A stretch of DNA of 64,000 nt from Phoronis australis (lineage: Eukaryota; Animalia; Phoronida). Shown here in pieces: positions 12,001 to 27,000 of the stretch. Numbering within the stretch: the first letter of the stretch is position 1; each line of letters opens with the position of its first letter. Under the pieces are notes generated by a model. That model was not told where the DNA came from and made no database searches. It saw only the letters and a list, made by a program, of their open reading frames with translations. The stretch covers positions 2,594,883 to 2,658,882 of the forward strand of contig NMRA01000003.1 of the NCBI GenBank assembly GCA_002633005.1, in the 5' to 3' direction. The position numbers and the translations under genes were made by a program.

Positions 12001-15000
12001 TTGATGATACTAATTACAGATGCCTATGGAGAAGTCAACAGAATCCTGATTCAATGAAGCTTCCTCAAACTTGCGGACACCTGCAAATTTGTGGAATGTC
12101 AGCTGGAATGAGGGATTTTTGCCATTTTCTGATAACGTAGTCTCGAAATCCTGAAATAACACAAGATCACAAAGAAATCAAGTGAATCATAACAGGCCTT
12201 GAAAATATAATGTAACATGGAAGGAATGTGAAAAGTATAAAAAATGTCTTGATCTTTGTACCCACCAGAAGCAAAAATTCTTGAGGGGCTTAAATAATCA
12301 AGATTTGTGAAACGTTATCGAGAAATCTCACTTTTCAAGCGAATGGCAAAGCTTGTGTGAAAGTACATATCTGCTTGTCTTATGAGTACATGAGAAAATT
12401 TCAGGGTCTCTGACTTTCCCTTGTTACAGAATGTAGGTGTACTTGTCCACTAAGCCAACTGAATGGTAAACGGTAGGTACCATCAGATTACCAAAGGTGG
12501 TTCTTATAAGCTTATGTTGTTCAGGAATATAGCTGTCAAAGTTGATCATCTGCAATGCCTATATGTGGAAACTTCAACAGCCCACAGCTTTAAAATGGAG
12601 ATTTGATTGAGCGTGAGGACTGAGTCACAGTTAACGTTATGGAGAACCCAAGAAAAATGTCCAAACTTGGCTAACTTCGGATTATCATATCTCAGAAATG
12701 GCACATTGGAGTCACGTGAAACTTTCAGATACTACGCTTAATGAACAGTTCTCCAAAATGCTGTTAGGTGTACATTTTAAAATGTTCCACTTCTGCAAGG
12801 AGGAGCTATCAAAAATAGGACTTGTACGATTATCAAGTTAGATAAAATAATTTAAGTTGTTCTGGTCTAAAAGACAAAAGATGTTTTTACAATTGACGGT
12901 ATCCATGAAAAATTTCAAAGCTAAATAAATTTGTTTTCTGACAAGGCTTGAAAAGTGACCGATTTGTTTTTAAAAACAGTGCGTAAAATGAAGAATAGTG
13001 TCATTTTAGAAGACAGATAAGCCCCTTAAGAATCAATGTATGTTATGACTCATTCAGTACGAGCGTAATATGCAGAAAATTTTGAGTCATTACTGAACTT
13101 ACTTGAGATAAAAGGGGAGTGTTTTGTCAGCGTCTGCTGGCTTTTTCAAGCCGTTGCGACCTCTGGTGGATTCGGGCGAAGAAAATCGGTGGGAAATGGG
13201 ACAGAATTCTGACAAAAGTTTCCTACCGATTTTCTCAACTCCGATGGAATCCACCAGAGGTTGCACCAGCTTGAAAAAGCCAGAAGATGCTGGCGAAACG
13301 TTGTTCTTTTATCTCAAGTAAGTTTAGTAATGACTCATAATTTTCTGCATACTAAACCCCTGAAGAAGTTGCATGGTTAAAAATTTTGAGTTTGTGACTA
13401 TTTCATTTTGCCTACTTGCTAATTCAGTCACACTCAAATAGTGATCAATATCACCGTTAGCCACAACTCTGCTTTGCAATGAAAAGGTAATTCTGAATTA
13501 AGTAGGTTCTTCAATGTAAATCAAATTCATTGATCAGACATTCTGAATAGGAAAGTAAAGTTCAAATTTGCAATTCTAGCACTTTTTGATGACAGTCCCG
13601 TGAATTGAATCAAGTTGAGTTAGTGCACAACAAATGAGGAAACAAAAAACTGTTTCTACCAAGTTACACCCCAGTTGCAGAAGACTGCCAAGTAAATTTG
13701 AGATTTCCATTTTAGCTTTGGAAGTTAACCAGCATTGAAGTTATTCTAGGAGAGCCGAAGTTCTCGCAAGGAATCACAGGGAAATAATTACAGTTAAAAT
13801 CAGCTTAATTTTGATTGAAAGTTAAAAACAAAACAAAATTCTCAAGTCTAGTAGAATCAGCATATGAATACAATATGATGGAAAGCGGGAGACTAGTCGC
13901 AGACAAATGCAAAGCAACAACATAGCAGAAACCACCCATTTCACAATCGTCGCCCCACGTTCCAGAACTTTGCACTCATTCAGTTACGCTCTTACGTTGG
14001 AAGAAAAACAGTGGGATTAAACACCATTATTTACTGTACTGTAGGTATCACAACCCAACTGGTTTCCTAGTCAGCAGCAGTAAAATTCCATGCATAAGGA
14101 CATAATGGTATTTTCTCAAGAGTTAAATAACATTTTCCCAGGAACATTCTTTTGACAATAACCATGTTTGAACTCATCAGGCAACTTCAGGGTGGCAAGA
14201 TGTCCCTACTGATGCAGCCAAAACACAAAGAAGAAAACGCCACTGACACACTGTTGTTATAGAGTTTACGCAACAATCTTTCTTCACAAGTTATGATTGG
14301 GCTCCCCGTGTGACATCCTAGATCTACCAGCAGAACTTTACAACATGGCGTGGCAATTTCGTTTTATTATTTATTCAATCTTTTCATGCGGAGCTTTAAG
14401 TGCCTTAAAGCATAATTGGGTCACTTAAAGGGTAATATTTATTTCAAAACATGGTTTCATTCTGCGTGAACGTTTATGCCCAACTCGAAACTTGACCGAT
14501 CACGCTGCATGCTTTGAGTGCAAATTTGTAAGTTTATTCGTAGCGTCAACTTTTCACTTTTCAAGTCTGGTTTCAAGGACACATAGATTACATCTAGGGC
14601 CTTAATATGCACATAATGTCATAAGAAAATTGATGTTGTAACCAACCGCCTGTAATCTTTTCTAAAAGTAAAAATCCTCAAGAAGATCAACAATGTATAT
14701 TAATAGTGCTATTTTACGATAGCGTTCATTCACACCTGTCACTGACTACCAGAGGGTTGGTCTGACGCGTCTTTCTATTTTTGTGAAATCATACCTGAGA
14801 GGAGTTCCCTTCCAAAAAGAGCCCCCAAAATCGAATCAATTGTCACTGTTTTACGTTTTTTGGACTTTTTGTAGTTATATCCATCCTTTAATATTAAGGG
14901 ACAACTCCCAAAGCAAGGAGATCCGAGACAATTGTCCAGTTTGCCACATAAAAAATTCAATATGCTTATCACAAGTGAACTAAACGCTTTTTTTCTTTTA

Positions 15001-18000
15001 ATTATTCACTGCAAAGCTGAGACCAACATCGAAAACAAGATTGGTAATTAAAAACGGTCAGTGTGGAAAACAGCAAAATGAGTCAGAGCAGTTCCAACAT
15101 GAAACATGCACAGCACAAACAGGGTATGAGAGTTATTCTTTTTGGTCAACTAAATACAAAATAGTTTAAAATTATGAATTAAGAAACCTATAAAGGTAAA
15201 AAGAAGTAATTTATTTCACAAGTCTCACACTTAGCATGGGCTGCTTTTCAGGGCAGACTGAATAAAATCATTGAAATATCAAAACAAATCAATCATACTA
15301 AACACTAAATGGGTAGGTAGCAGTTTCTCTTGTGAAAAAATACACCCAGCATAGAGAGCAAATTGTGTGGCCTAGCTAATGGTCTTACACGGCCATAAAA
15401 TTTAGGTTTTACCATCTACCTATTTTGTGTTCTTCAGAATAAGTGTACAAACCAAAATCAACTGAGCGAGACTCCAGTGAACAGGTCAACAACCTTAGAT
15501 ATTAACCCCACATAGGAGAAGGATTACTTTCTCATGAAATAATCAACGCTGTCTATGATCTCAAGTTTGTGAGCTACACAAAAACAATCAGTGTTCAGTA
15601 ATCAATATATGACCTTATTTAGGACCAAGAAAAACAATGCAAAACGGATAGACCTTGATAAAAGTACAAGGTCAAATCAGTCAATAAAGACACAACAACA
15701 ACACCGGGTCATTTTATAAGACCAGGGCCCGGTCTCCAATCTTTTTACTCGAAATTAGGTTTGGCATTTTCTACTCTACTTTTGGGCGAACTCAAGATAA
15801 GTGTCTATTATTCTATGCTCGAGTACACGATAACTTACTTAGATAATTTATTGCCCTTAGTTCACAGTTTGTAAACCCAATATTAAAGCAATAAGTTCGA
15901 GTTTGAACTCGAAATTTCGAGTTTTTACTCGAGTTTGTAGCATGAATATAAGGGTCTTCAAGGGCAAACTTGAACTAGAAACTCCTATGCATAAACTATA
16001 ATGTATTCGAGCACAGTTTGATAACCAATTATCTTAAGTTCACACAAAAGGAGCAGAGAAATTGCCAAAAATAGTTTCGAGTTCGTTTCGAGTACAAAGA
16101 TTAGAGACTGGGCCCAGAGAATTCATTACATACTCAAGATTTTGCCAACAAAACTCTGATTTCTACATATCTGCTTCTTAATTCCTTTTAAGACCTTTAA
16201 AATTGAACAGCAAATTAAATATTCTAGACTGATATACGATGGATTGCAGTCGTCATGGTGAGGACTGGTTTACCTCCATTGTTGAAGGGACATTATCACT
16301 TTTGTGTTCGAAAATACATTTCTGAGATTATCGTTGGATGGGATGGACATAATTAAGATATTAGCTTTGACCAGAGCTATTAAAAATCTATTGTGCTTTT
16401 GTGATTTTATTACAAATCATAAAATTCTCACTGTTGTCAGCTAGATATTCGGAGAAAACAAGGACGGTGTCTTCACCATTTAAATATGTTTAAAATCACT
16501 TAACGCATTTGATTTGGCTCAATGCAAAGAGTTGAGCTGCAACTGTGGTGCACTGCGGCTCATTTCAGAAAAATTAGTTTCCTCGTTGAGAACGCCCCTT
16601 TAAGAGATTTAAGATATTAAAACAAGAGGTATATATAACAACCAAAGAAAATTTGTTCATAGTCAACACCTGAACATTGGAGGCTTAAGACTTTCAAGTG
16701 TTCTACAGTCTTGTCTGTGAATAAACAATGGAAGATTGAATATCCACCAGGTTGTGTTGGTGAAGAGAGACTATTAGACTATTCATTTAATAACCAAGTA
16801 GAGAAAGAACAGAAATATGTTCACTGACACAATCAGGGTCTTCATGGGATAGGGATCACATGTGACTACCCAAATGAAGAGACATGGAGGTCAAGGTTCA
16901 CAAATCAATTGGACAACAAACAGTCAGTGGACATTGTGGGTGTCAACCCACAAATGTTATCTTTCACATTTAAATAAGAGACGGTTCACAGGTCAAGAAA
17001 TATGGCACCTATACATGCACGATCTTAAGTTTGAAAGTATGTCGAGATTAATTGCAGTCTATCAGACAGTACTCAAGAGCACTCCACCCACCTGAAACAC
17101 CCACACGAACCATCTAACTGTTCCCCACTATGTAAACCTCTGGACACATGCATGATATGTTCTATGACCAAGATTTTCAGTAAGACATTGCACAAAGCTC
17201 AACTTTTCTGGTTTACCAGTAATTTGTTTTTCTGTTCACGAATAGTTGGAACATCTTACTATAATTCCAAAATGCTTCTGTCATAAAATAATAAAAACTT
17301 AAATTAGCCTGTGGGTATTTTACACTTACATAAATGTCCACTACTAGGTAAAAGCATGGAAACATGGAGACATTCAGTTGAGAAAACTAGATTCAAATTT
17401 CATCTGCGTCCACTACAAGGATTCACTACAATAAACACAAAATAGAATGCTTGCAAAGTACAAGACATTACAATTCATCTTCGCTGTACCTGTAGTAGCT
17501 TGTCGCCAACTCTCAGACGGCCATCTTGGGCAGCCACGGAGCCTGGGGTGACGGCTTTAATGTATATTCCATTGGCAGAGCCTCGTTCACTGGTCACTAG
17601 ACTGAAACCTAAGCCGCCATTGATGGGCTTGGTCAAGTCTATCCTGATGGCACCACTCTGGAACGACACAGGAGAAGTCATGTTATTTAGGACAGTAGGA
17701 AAAGTATGTTGCTTGCACCTTGGCCAAAATTTCAGCTCACATACAAAGATTCACAGTCGCACATGCCTTACCGGCCAAAAAACAAAGTTGGGGTAATTTT
17801 CCGTGTGGTGGCATTTGTACTTTATCGCTTTCTCGTTTGACAAAAAACACTGTTGGGTGTCATAGAGTGATGCGACTTGACTTGTAGAAATTGAAATGCA
17901 TACGTGCAACTACTATGAGATGTCCAAATTTTCAGTTTGGATTTCCAAATTTCAGGTCACAAATAAAACCCACAGCACGTTGTGCCAAACCCTGTAGGAT

Positions 18001-21000
18001 TGGATTTTTTCATGGGGGCGGTAGGCACAGAGAACATAGTTTGTGTCAAGGCTAGATGCTAAACAAAAGTCATGAATAGGGGTGCAGCATTGGTTAAGAT
18101 GAGGCTGTATACTCCACTGCTCCAGAATAGTGTAAACACATTATGGTAATGTGACCAGACCATACAACCCATTATAATAACTATGGCCAGGTTTTGGACT
18201 CCACATTATGACAAACCAAAGTTGGAATTCTGTCAAAATGGCAGAGTTGAGATACTGAAACCATGCTGACAAAGTGTTTGTCTCAGATAAGATCTAATTA
18301 CCGTGTTGGTATGCACAAAATATTGCCACAGTTATGTTTATCTGTAAAACAGTATTCTGTTCCACGTAATTTTATCAATGGTGAACGCATGCAACATTTC
18401 TCACAGTATGGAAACTTATACCAGTTCAGATGCATAATTTTTATGAAAAAGCAGATAGGAGGACTCATCAGAAGACAGACCAGACACTTGACACAAGCCT
18501 TCACAAAGATGTCCTATCAGCTGCCTTCAGAGCCTAACCACAAGTTGCCTGATTGGAATATAGCTTTCTCACCCTAAAAAGGTAGTAGGTAAATCAAACT
18601 TCAAGACCCTTTCATACTGACTTAAACTCTGGTCAGAGCAAAGCGTCGACGTAAACTGCCAAGCTAACTGAACCATTCATACTGGCTTCGGCAATGAACT
18701 GACATCGAGGCAAGCAGTGGGTGACGCTGTTGTCATCAAAGTAATTGCAAGGTAGCCCTGATGCATTGCGTGTATGCTAAGATTTTTTTTATTTGACAAT
18801 TTGGGATCGTTTACATGTCCTAATTAACATTAACGTATTTCTAATTCGATTGGTAATTATTTGAGCAATATATAAGCACTTTGATCCAGGACCGATGTTA
18901 ACCGTTCAGCGACAAAAACATCGACATTAGTATGAAAGGGTCTTTAAACAGGGTTGGAAGTCCGCACAGTGAAAGTGTAGAATCAAATGCCATACACACC
19001 ACACTCGAATGTCACTTCAAACATTAATCTGCACGGGTCGAAATTGTGATCACGTGAACACATTTATCTTAAGAAATAATACCGTGAATATAACTGCACA
19101 GAAATCAAGCCATTCAAAAGAACTTATTCACTCAAAGATTTGACTTTTTACTTTTCGCTTGTCACTCCGCCATTTGCATTTTTAACCTACCAGTGAACTC
19201 ACGAACTAAAGCATTCACTGGGCTCATTGGCTGGCATTTGGGTCACTACATGACTTCATTAGGTAAAAAACTAAGGATAGAAGATGACAGATGATTTGAT
19301 TCATTGTTGTTAGGCGAAATTTAAACCAGTAAGACTGTTTGTGGTTTTCTAAATGAGTCGAGGGAATTTGTTTTGGTTAGTAGTAACTCAACAACAAGAA
19401 TTTTCCGACCAATCTCTTGGTTTGTATCCATTTCACCAAGTGGTGAACCTTCAGCTCTGTTTAAGAGCAGAGTATTGGCTACCAAATAAGGCAGATCTGT
19501 CTACTGATTTGTTGGTAGACAACAAGAAGGCTGATCAAAAGTTCGTTGAACATTCACAAGTCATGTGCCACATTTTTCAGACCTTCACTCCGACTCTTGA
19601 TTGCACTACATGTGAACACTGCATTAACACAATATAAATCAAATAGACCAGGATTAAGTAGACAGTAAATTTAAATTCCAAGGCAGCTAAGCCCACAAAA
19701 ACGGAGATGGGGTTCTGCATTGCAATATATTTTCCACATAAGGCCCTTTCATATTGACTTAAATCCGGTCTGAGCGGAGCGTCGATGTAAACAGCGCAGT
19801 TAACGGGACCGTTCATACCGGCTTCGGTAGTTTATGACCATCGAAGTTAAGGGTTGGTGACGCTGACGTCATCAAAGTTATCGCAAGGTAGCGCTGCACG
19901 CCAAGATTTTTTTCAAAGTGACAATTTGGGAACATTTATATGTGCTAAATGACATTAAACTCATTTTTAAATCGATTGGTTATCATTAGAGCAAAAAATA
20001 AGTAGATATTGGTGACGGCACTACTCTGTAACTGTTGACGATAACAGTGGAACCTGGCAATAACTTCGATTGGACCGGAGTTAAGCGTTCATACTGCACC
20101 GCAGCGTCGACGCTGCGGTCTTAAATCCACCTGTTAACTGCGATGTTAACTGGAGCTGTTAACTGCGATCCAGGACCGGAGTTGAGCGTTCATACTGACC
20201 GCAACTCCCCAAACCATTGACGCGTATGAAAGGCTCTATAGGGTGAAAACCTAAAATATTGTAGAGCTGAATTATGAGAAAGTGGGAAATAAACAAACAT
20301 TAGCCTAACAACGTCCATTTTATCAAAGGTTATACACACAGTTGTACCAAAGATGGTTATAAACAGCTGTTATTGTGAAAGTAACATTTTTAAAAAAAGC
20401 AATATAATAAACTAATGTAAGTTTCACCATAGACCTAATTCACAAGTGCACGAGCAAGGATCTTATGGGCAATTAAACAGTTCAGATATGGCAGTTTTAG
20501 CTAAGACTGAGCATACAACATTTGCTAAAACCCAAGCCCTTACCACAAATAATTTGAATTAATAATCTTCAAAACAACCAGGAGATCGCTGGTCGTGACT
20601 AAGGAGACATTCAAAAATAGACCAACACAGATGACACTTAGAGACTCCTACATAAAAGCAACAAAAAGATGAGCTAGCAGGGAGTCCAAACCCCCCTCTC
20701 CTCCTGGATCCCCTTCGGAATATGCACCTGATAACAACAATAGTCACTATAATGATATAAGAACAGCATTAAAACGCACATGGACGGCGCAGAATCGTGA
20801 CAGAGCTACGCTTGATGGGAAGACCCTTAGCTCATGATCCAGCAACCATAGGTGTGACACGACCTAAAATCTAATCTCTTGTTCTTTAAGTTCCATGCAG
20901 CACCATTTTGAAAACTATAGTTTTGGTTCATGAATTAAGGGGGTAGCTCTTGTAATTTATGATGCAGTGAGTTAGTATTCCTAGTAAGATATGATAAAGA

Positions 21001-24000
21001 CATGGACCAAATGAAGTTGAACGATAGCTACAAGATTCAACGCCACAAGATGATAAAATTATTCAAGTAAAAATTTAGCGTTGACTTGAACAAACTTCCA
21101 ATATTTCATGAAAATTCAATGAAGTTCACCCATACTATTTAGAAAAAAACTGGATACAAATAGATCAAAAGGTTAAAATAATCTAACAATCAAAACCAAA
21201 ATTACAACCTCGGTGACAATAAAGATATGGCATTAAATATCAAGAATTAACTCGTAGCACATATCAAAAACTATTAACGATACCAGTTGCCAGTGGCACA
21301 CTTAACATAACAGGAATTACCAGTCGACAATAAGGACCCATAAACCAGTAACCAGAGGATAATTGCCAGGGCAATAATGGGTTCATAAATAACAATCTAT
21401 TAAAACGATCATATTTCAAAATTATCAACAAAAATGCCAAAGAGATATTTCCCACAGTAATTCATGGTCAAAGAAGTACAACACACTTTTTGAATAAACC
21501 TTAAAATCATTTCACTAAAATACACGAATGCTACAAGCCATCCTACTCTTTACAACTAAATGTCAAATATTCACATATAGCATAAGAAACCAAAACCTGC
21601 ACTACAATAATGAAGGTCAAGTTGAAGCCATATTCAGTAATTACCTTTCTGAACCTGCTGGTACAACTCATTGCACATGACTGACTAGTCAACAGTCTGC
21701 TTAGGTCTCCATCTTACGTGATCTCCCCTGTCAATCTGTTACTGTATCCGATTGGTGACTGCCAAGCAGGGACTATAATGCTTACTAACCGTGAAATGAA
21801 CAAAGGGTGAAAAAAGGAGGCCGATTAAAGCAACCCAAAGGCGTTTGAATAGTTAATCAATGACCCTGCATTGGCAATCCAATTGATGGGACCCCAGCAA
21901 TTGTATCGAGTAAAACATCAATCAGTAAGGTTCAACCGAGTGCATATAATGCAGGAGACAAACAATGAAATATGACCACAGCTATACAAATGATTTCATA
22001 GATTTTTCGTGAATGAAAACGGCGCGTGGCGCATTATGTAAACATGGCAATTAATTTTCCATTTGAAGACTTGAGATTTATGCCTCCCAGACAGAAATAT
22101 AAGGTATCTCCTCGGCAGTGTTGGGGGGAGGAATCAGTCAAACAAATACTGAGCAAACAGTATAAATAAACAATTCCTGATGTTTTACAATACACACAGA
22201 AAAGCAAACATATCTTACAGATCTAATCTTTTAAAAATACAACACTTTTTGCGATGACAAATTCTACAAAAGATGTGCCAAATATGATCCCATACTGACA
22301 ACAAAAACAACAAGCCAAACAAAAACCCTGAACTATAAAATGGCGATCTCTTCTCCTCAACATTCACACTGTTTGGGCAGACACGTTAATCCTCTACTTA
22401 AACTTGTCAAATATTAATTTACTGTCAAGTTAGAGTGATAAGTAATGGCCCACATCTCCGCTTTGAGTCTAGTCTCTATTTATGACTACCTTCGAGAGAC
22501 AGATATAGGTAGAAATCAAGAGATGACCATTGGTAAAATTAGTAAGCATATGAATGGTAAATGAGAGAGTCAATTACCACCATTCTAAATCAATCAAGGT
22601 AGCCCTGTCCTTCTATATGTAATCAAGCATAATGAATACAGGCAAACCCATTCAAAGCTATTAATGAGGCGCAATCGGAGATTAATTTCACATTATTTCT
22701 TGGCCAGAGTAACAAAGATTCAAAGCTTTATGTAACTAACTCTTATACTAATTGGCGAGAGATTGAAGAGTAGGGGATGAACTTTGCGCATGTTGTGAAC
22801 AAATACTTGTTGCAACAGTGAGATAGTTGTATGAAGCCAGATTATGGTTCTAGAAAAAATTCTGTCTAACTGGGGACTTGTCAGAATAGGAACTTCTTTT
22901 GAGCATAACACAAGCCCTATGACAAGGTAAAAACTAAAACAACCAGAATGCAACACTACCAAGAACTGGAGAGCAGTTTTTGAACAGACCACCCACAACA
23001 TGTATTGGCCTTTCACACCAATGCCAACACCTCAATATTTTAGGGCCTGTTGATCACAGTTTAAACTTAAATCGCAGTTTAACTTAGCAGTACATAGGTG
23101 GATTTAAAGGCACAGCGCGATACTTCCATATGGCATGAAAAGTTACTTTCAGTGTCACGGAAACTATGGGCAGATGGCGCTGTCAATATCGACATGAGCT
23201 ATACGTTATTATATTTCATAAGATTAAATTCAAGTATGGTAAAGTTTCCTCTAATTTGTACAAAGTTAATTGCCAAAATTGTCATTTTTCTATTTTTCAA
23301 AAAGCTTGCTACATTATTGAAAATGTTCAAAATGTTCACCACATACTTGTTTATAGCACCTGTATAAGATAAAATTCCCAATTAATGAACTACAGTCTGA
23401 TTCTTGTTTACTTTTATTAACATTTAGATAAAATAAAATTTGACGGTTGCACCATATTGCGTTCTAAATAGAAGGCACCACATTCGCCATTCTACTACTA
23501 ACTGTAACCATTTAATTTCATTTTTCATCTGAATGTACACACATGATTCTTCGTATTAAAAAACCACCCATCCATAACATTTCTGCAGCGCCGTCTTGTG
23601 ACAATTTCGAGCATGAACAAGCAATAACTATCGCAGCAGGTCTGAAATAACATTACAGCACCACTCCTCTTGCCCAGCAGAATAGGTAGTTCAGAGAGGG
23701 TCCAAATATAAATAGACCGCAGATTTGAAATGAAGTCCACTATTGGCTCAACACTGAGACATCAAAGCATGCATTCGGTGTAGATCAGAAACGTGAATTT
23801 TACAAAAGTAAAAGAATATATATTGACAGCTTTGAAAAATTTGGCCAAACCAAACAAAAACACTAAATTAGCCACACAGCCCTTATGGTATTTAATTTAT
23901 CATTTTGGCTTGCATAGATGGCTTTAATTTTAGGATCCGAATATATGAATGGTGAACTTTAATCAGGGCTTGGAATGACCAATGACAAAAGGAGGAAAAT

Positions 24001-27000
24001 TTGTTCCATAAATAAATAGGCTTGTGTGATAGATATATTTTTGTGTTGTTAAGTTTAACTAAAATGAACGTTTCTGCATGAATCAAATCAAAATAATGAT
24101 AAAAGAGGGACACAAAAAGAAGAAACTGGAAATCAAATAAGAGGAAATTGAAACCAAAAGAGGAAATCCTCTTAAAAGAGAAAAATTCCAAGCTCTGTTT
24201 AGTAGCTATAACACCACAACATTGCCAAACACTGCAGACACTGACAACTTTTTGCTTAACTGCAGGAAACGTAAGCTGCTCTTAAAAAACATTACTTGGT
24301 GAAACAACAAAACTATATCATGTACTAAGAAAAAAATATCTTCTTGCAGGGAGGAGCAATTCTTAGAGATTATCTGATGTCTTTCAAATCACAATACGCT
24401 CTAAGACAGAGGTATAGTGTTGTTAAAAAGTTCAAAACTGTATTAAAAGATCCAAAAACTGTAATTCTAACAAAGTGGATGAGAACGCTTAATGGCAATA
24501 AAACTCTCCACACATACGTTTTCAACCAACATGAAATTGCATATACATTACATCTTGTCAGACATTACAATTTGTTAATGATTTACAGCAAATGATTATC
24601 TTTAATTAGAGGATTTCCCTCATTCAGCACCTTGTTGCCTAAGATAACTAGATTATAGTGAATAAACATTACCCCCACTGGGCAGGATTTTTTACTTAAG
24701 CGTGTCAATCATACTTACAGACACCGCCCACACTAGCAGTCAGAGCAAATACCACATCACCTTAATAGACTCCAAAAGGAACTTTAAGAGTAGTAAATCA
24801 CTGATAATCTCAACAATTCAACTTTTTCAGAACACATTTAGTATCAACTGTTACTATGCATCACAGCCATAAAAAACAAACAAAAACACCAGACAAAAAT
24901 GTCATTGTCTATGCAAACCTTACATCATAAAAATTACCATTACCTGATAACACATCATAGTCTGCTCTATTTCTGTAATACTTCATTATTTTAATACAGT
25001 GTTGTGATGTTTCTTGGACATTTCTCATAAATACAGCAAGAACAAAAGTACACATTTACGGTAAGTACAAGATAAACTAAAGACAAACGCTGTATTTTGT
25101 TACCAAGATTGAAAGCTTGGTAAAATACTACTCGATAATCACAGTCTCAAGCACTGCATTAGTAAAGAGCAAAAGATGGCGTATGAGTTGTGCCAGACAC
25201 GAAGTTGCATTTTGGTTCTCTTTGCCGTCTTAACATAATAGTCATGACTTAGCTGATTAACTCTGACAAATTGGACTCAAAATTATCCTCGCCATGATGA
25301 TAGCATTCGATTTTTAGGATAAAAAGAAACTGAGGTGGGTGACTGACACAGAGGAGACTAATTAAGAAAGATTTGGCCAAACTGTCCAAAATGACGGCCC
25401 TTTGACAATCTAATTTTAACTTTCTGGTGCCCTAAAGATGTTTAGCGAGCCAGTCATGAGCAATCACAGCAGGTAAAGATTTGACAAATATTCTGTGTGG
25501 TTGGGTCAGTTGATTTATAAGCACCATTCCAGGCTGTGAGAAGGAAATGTCTCTACTGAACCAACATCAAGTTCATCAAATAACCCCATTGCCTTGTTAC
25601 CAGAAAAAGTAAACATATAATTATTAGAAGTTCTAAAGGAGTCTTGCTACGTCCACCACAACCAGTGACCATGTCACAGTAAATACAATAAATGATGGCA
25701 ACTGATACATGGTCCCAAAAAGCCCAGATAGAAATCAATTCTGGCCAGTGCTCTCCACAAAAACTGTAACTGAAACTCAATAAATCTCGCAGGTGGCCAA
25801 CAGGAACAATGCCTTGGTAAATAGCATGGAACAGTGTCCCTATTTAGTTAGTGAAATGACGAAAATCAACACTTGGTGACCTAAGGTAAGCGTGGAACAT
25901 GAGCCGAAAAGACTTATTGTTGAGTGTCCTCAGGCGATTAAAACACTAGAGTAACAATAGGACGTATTAGTATTGATCCAATTAAGATTTAGTGCCAACG
26001 TAATGCAAAATCAATCATTATCTATCAAATGAGCAAAAGGACATTGAAATTACAAGGTAAAAATTTTAATGTACTACAGCAACATGACTTTAAAGGAAAA
26101 TGATAGAAATGAAGCTGTAATTAACGTTAACTTGGTATTTTGGTATAAAACTCTTTATATTGGTTGAATGATGTTAGGATAAAATCTACAACTCCGCTCA
26201 CTTGTAAAACCAAAACTAGATGCAGGAACAACCTAGACCAAGACGTCAGCATCAAAGCACAACATCATCAAAAATTGAAATTTCAGAAATTCTCAACTTA
26301 TAAGTGGACAATTAGAGGAGTGAAACGCTATACTGAAAACAGATGAGTTTGAAGTTAATTTGTCGCCAGAGCAAATTAGGAAGTAGCAAACTGTTATAAA
26401 GCAAAGACCTTCGAACAACAAAGGAACTTTAGGAAAACATTTCAACAAATATTTTTTGGAGGGCAAGCAGAAAGTCTACTAAGATACATGGGAATTATTT
26501 TAATAGTTTGGAATGAGCCAACTTCGTTTGATTATGTGAATGGTTTTAGCACCACTCAGCATAAGCTGTTTTTAAACAAAGAACAACTGTCATAGTGTGA
26601 GTTGTCGCGACAATAGTTATCACTTGACTAACAGAGGCTGATTTTTATACTTGTGGTACCCTCCTGCAGCAAATTCAAAACTGAAGACAACCGTTTCAGC
26701 ACCAATCCATTTTTGGAAAAGCGCTCTGGGTGTATTTTTTGACATGTATCTTATTATTTTCCTAAATTTCTGTAAAACCGCTCAGATCACAGATACAGAA
26801 ATTGCCGGATGAACTTGTGCACGGCACAAACATTTAAATGTACTTAGCCTTACCTCTGGTTGCGTTGCCATGGCAACAGGCTTATCCATCTTCTCTGACA
26901 CTTCCCGATCTTCCGCATCATCTGACAGTGGCAGGCTGACATCTCCCCATGATACGTCACTCTTACTCTGATACGAGATGGCGCTACCTGTCCTGTCACG

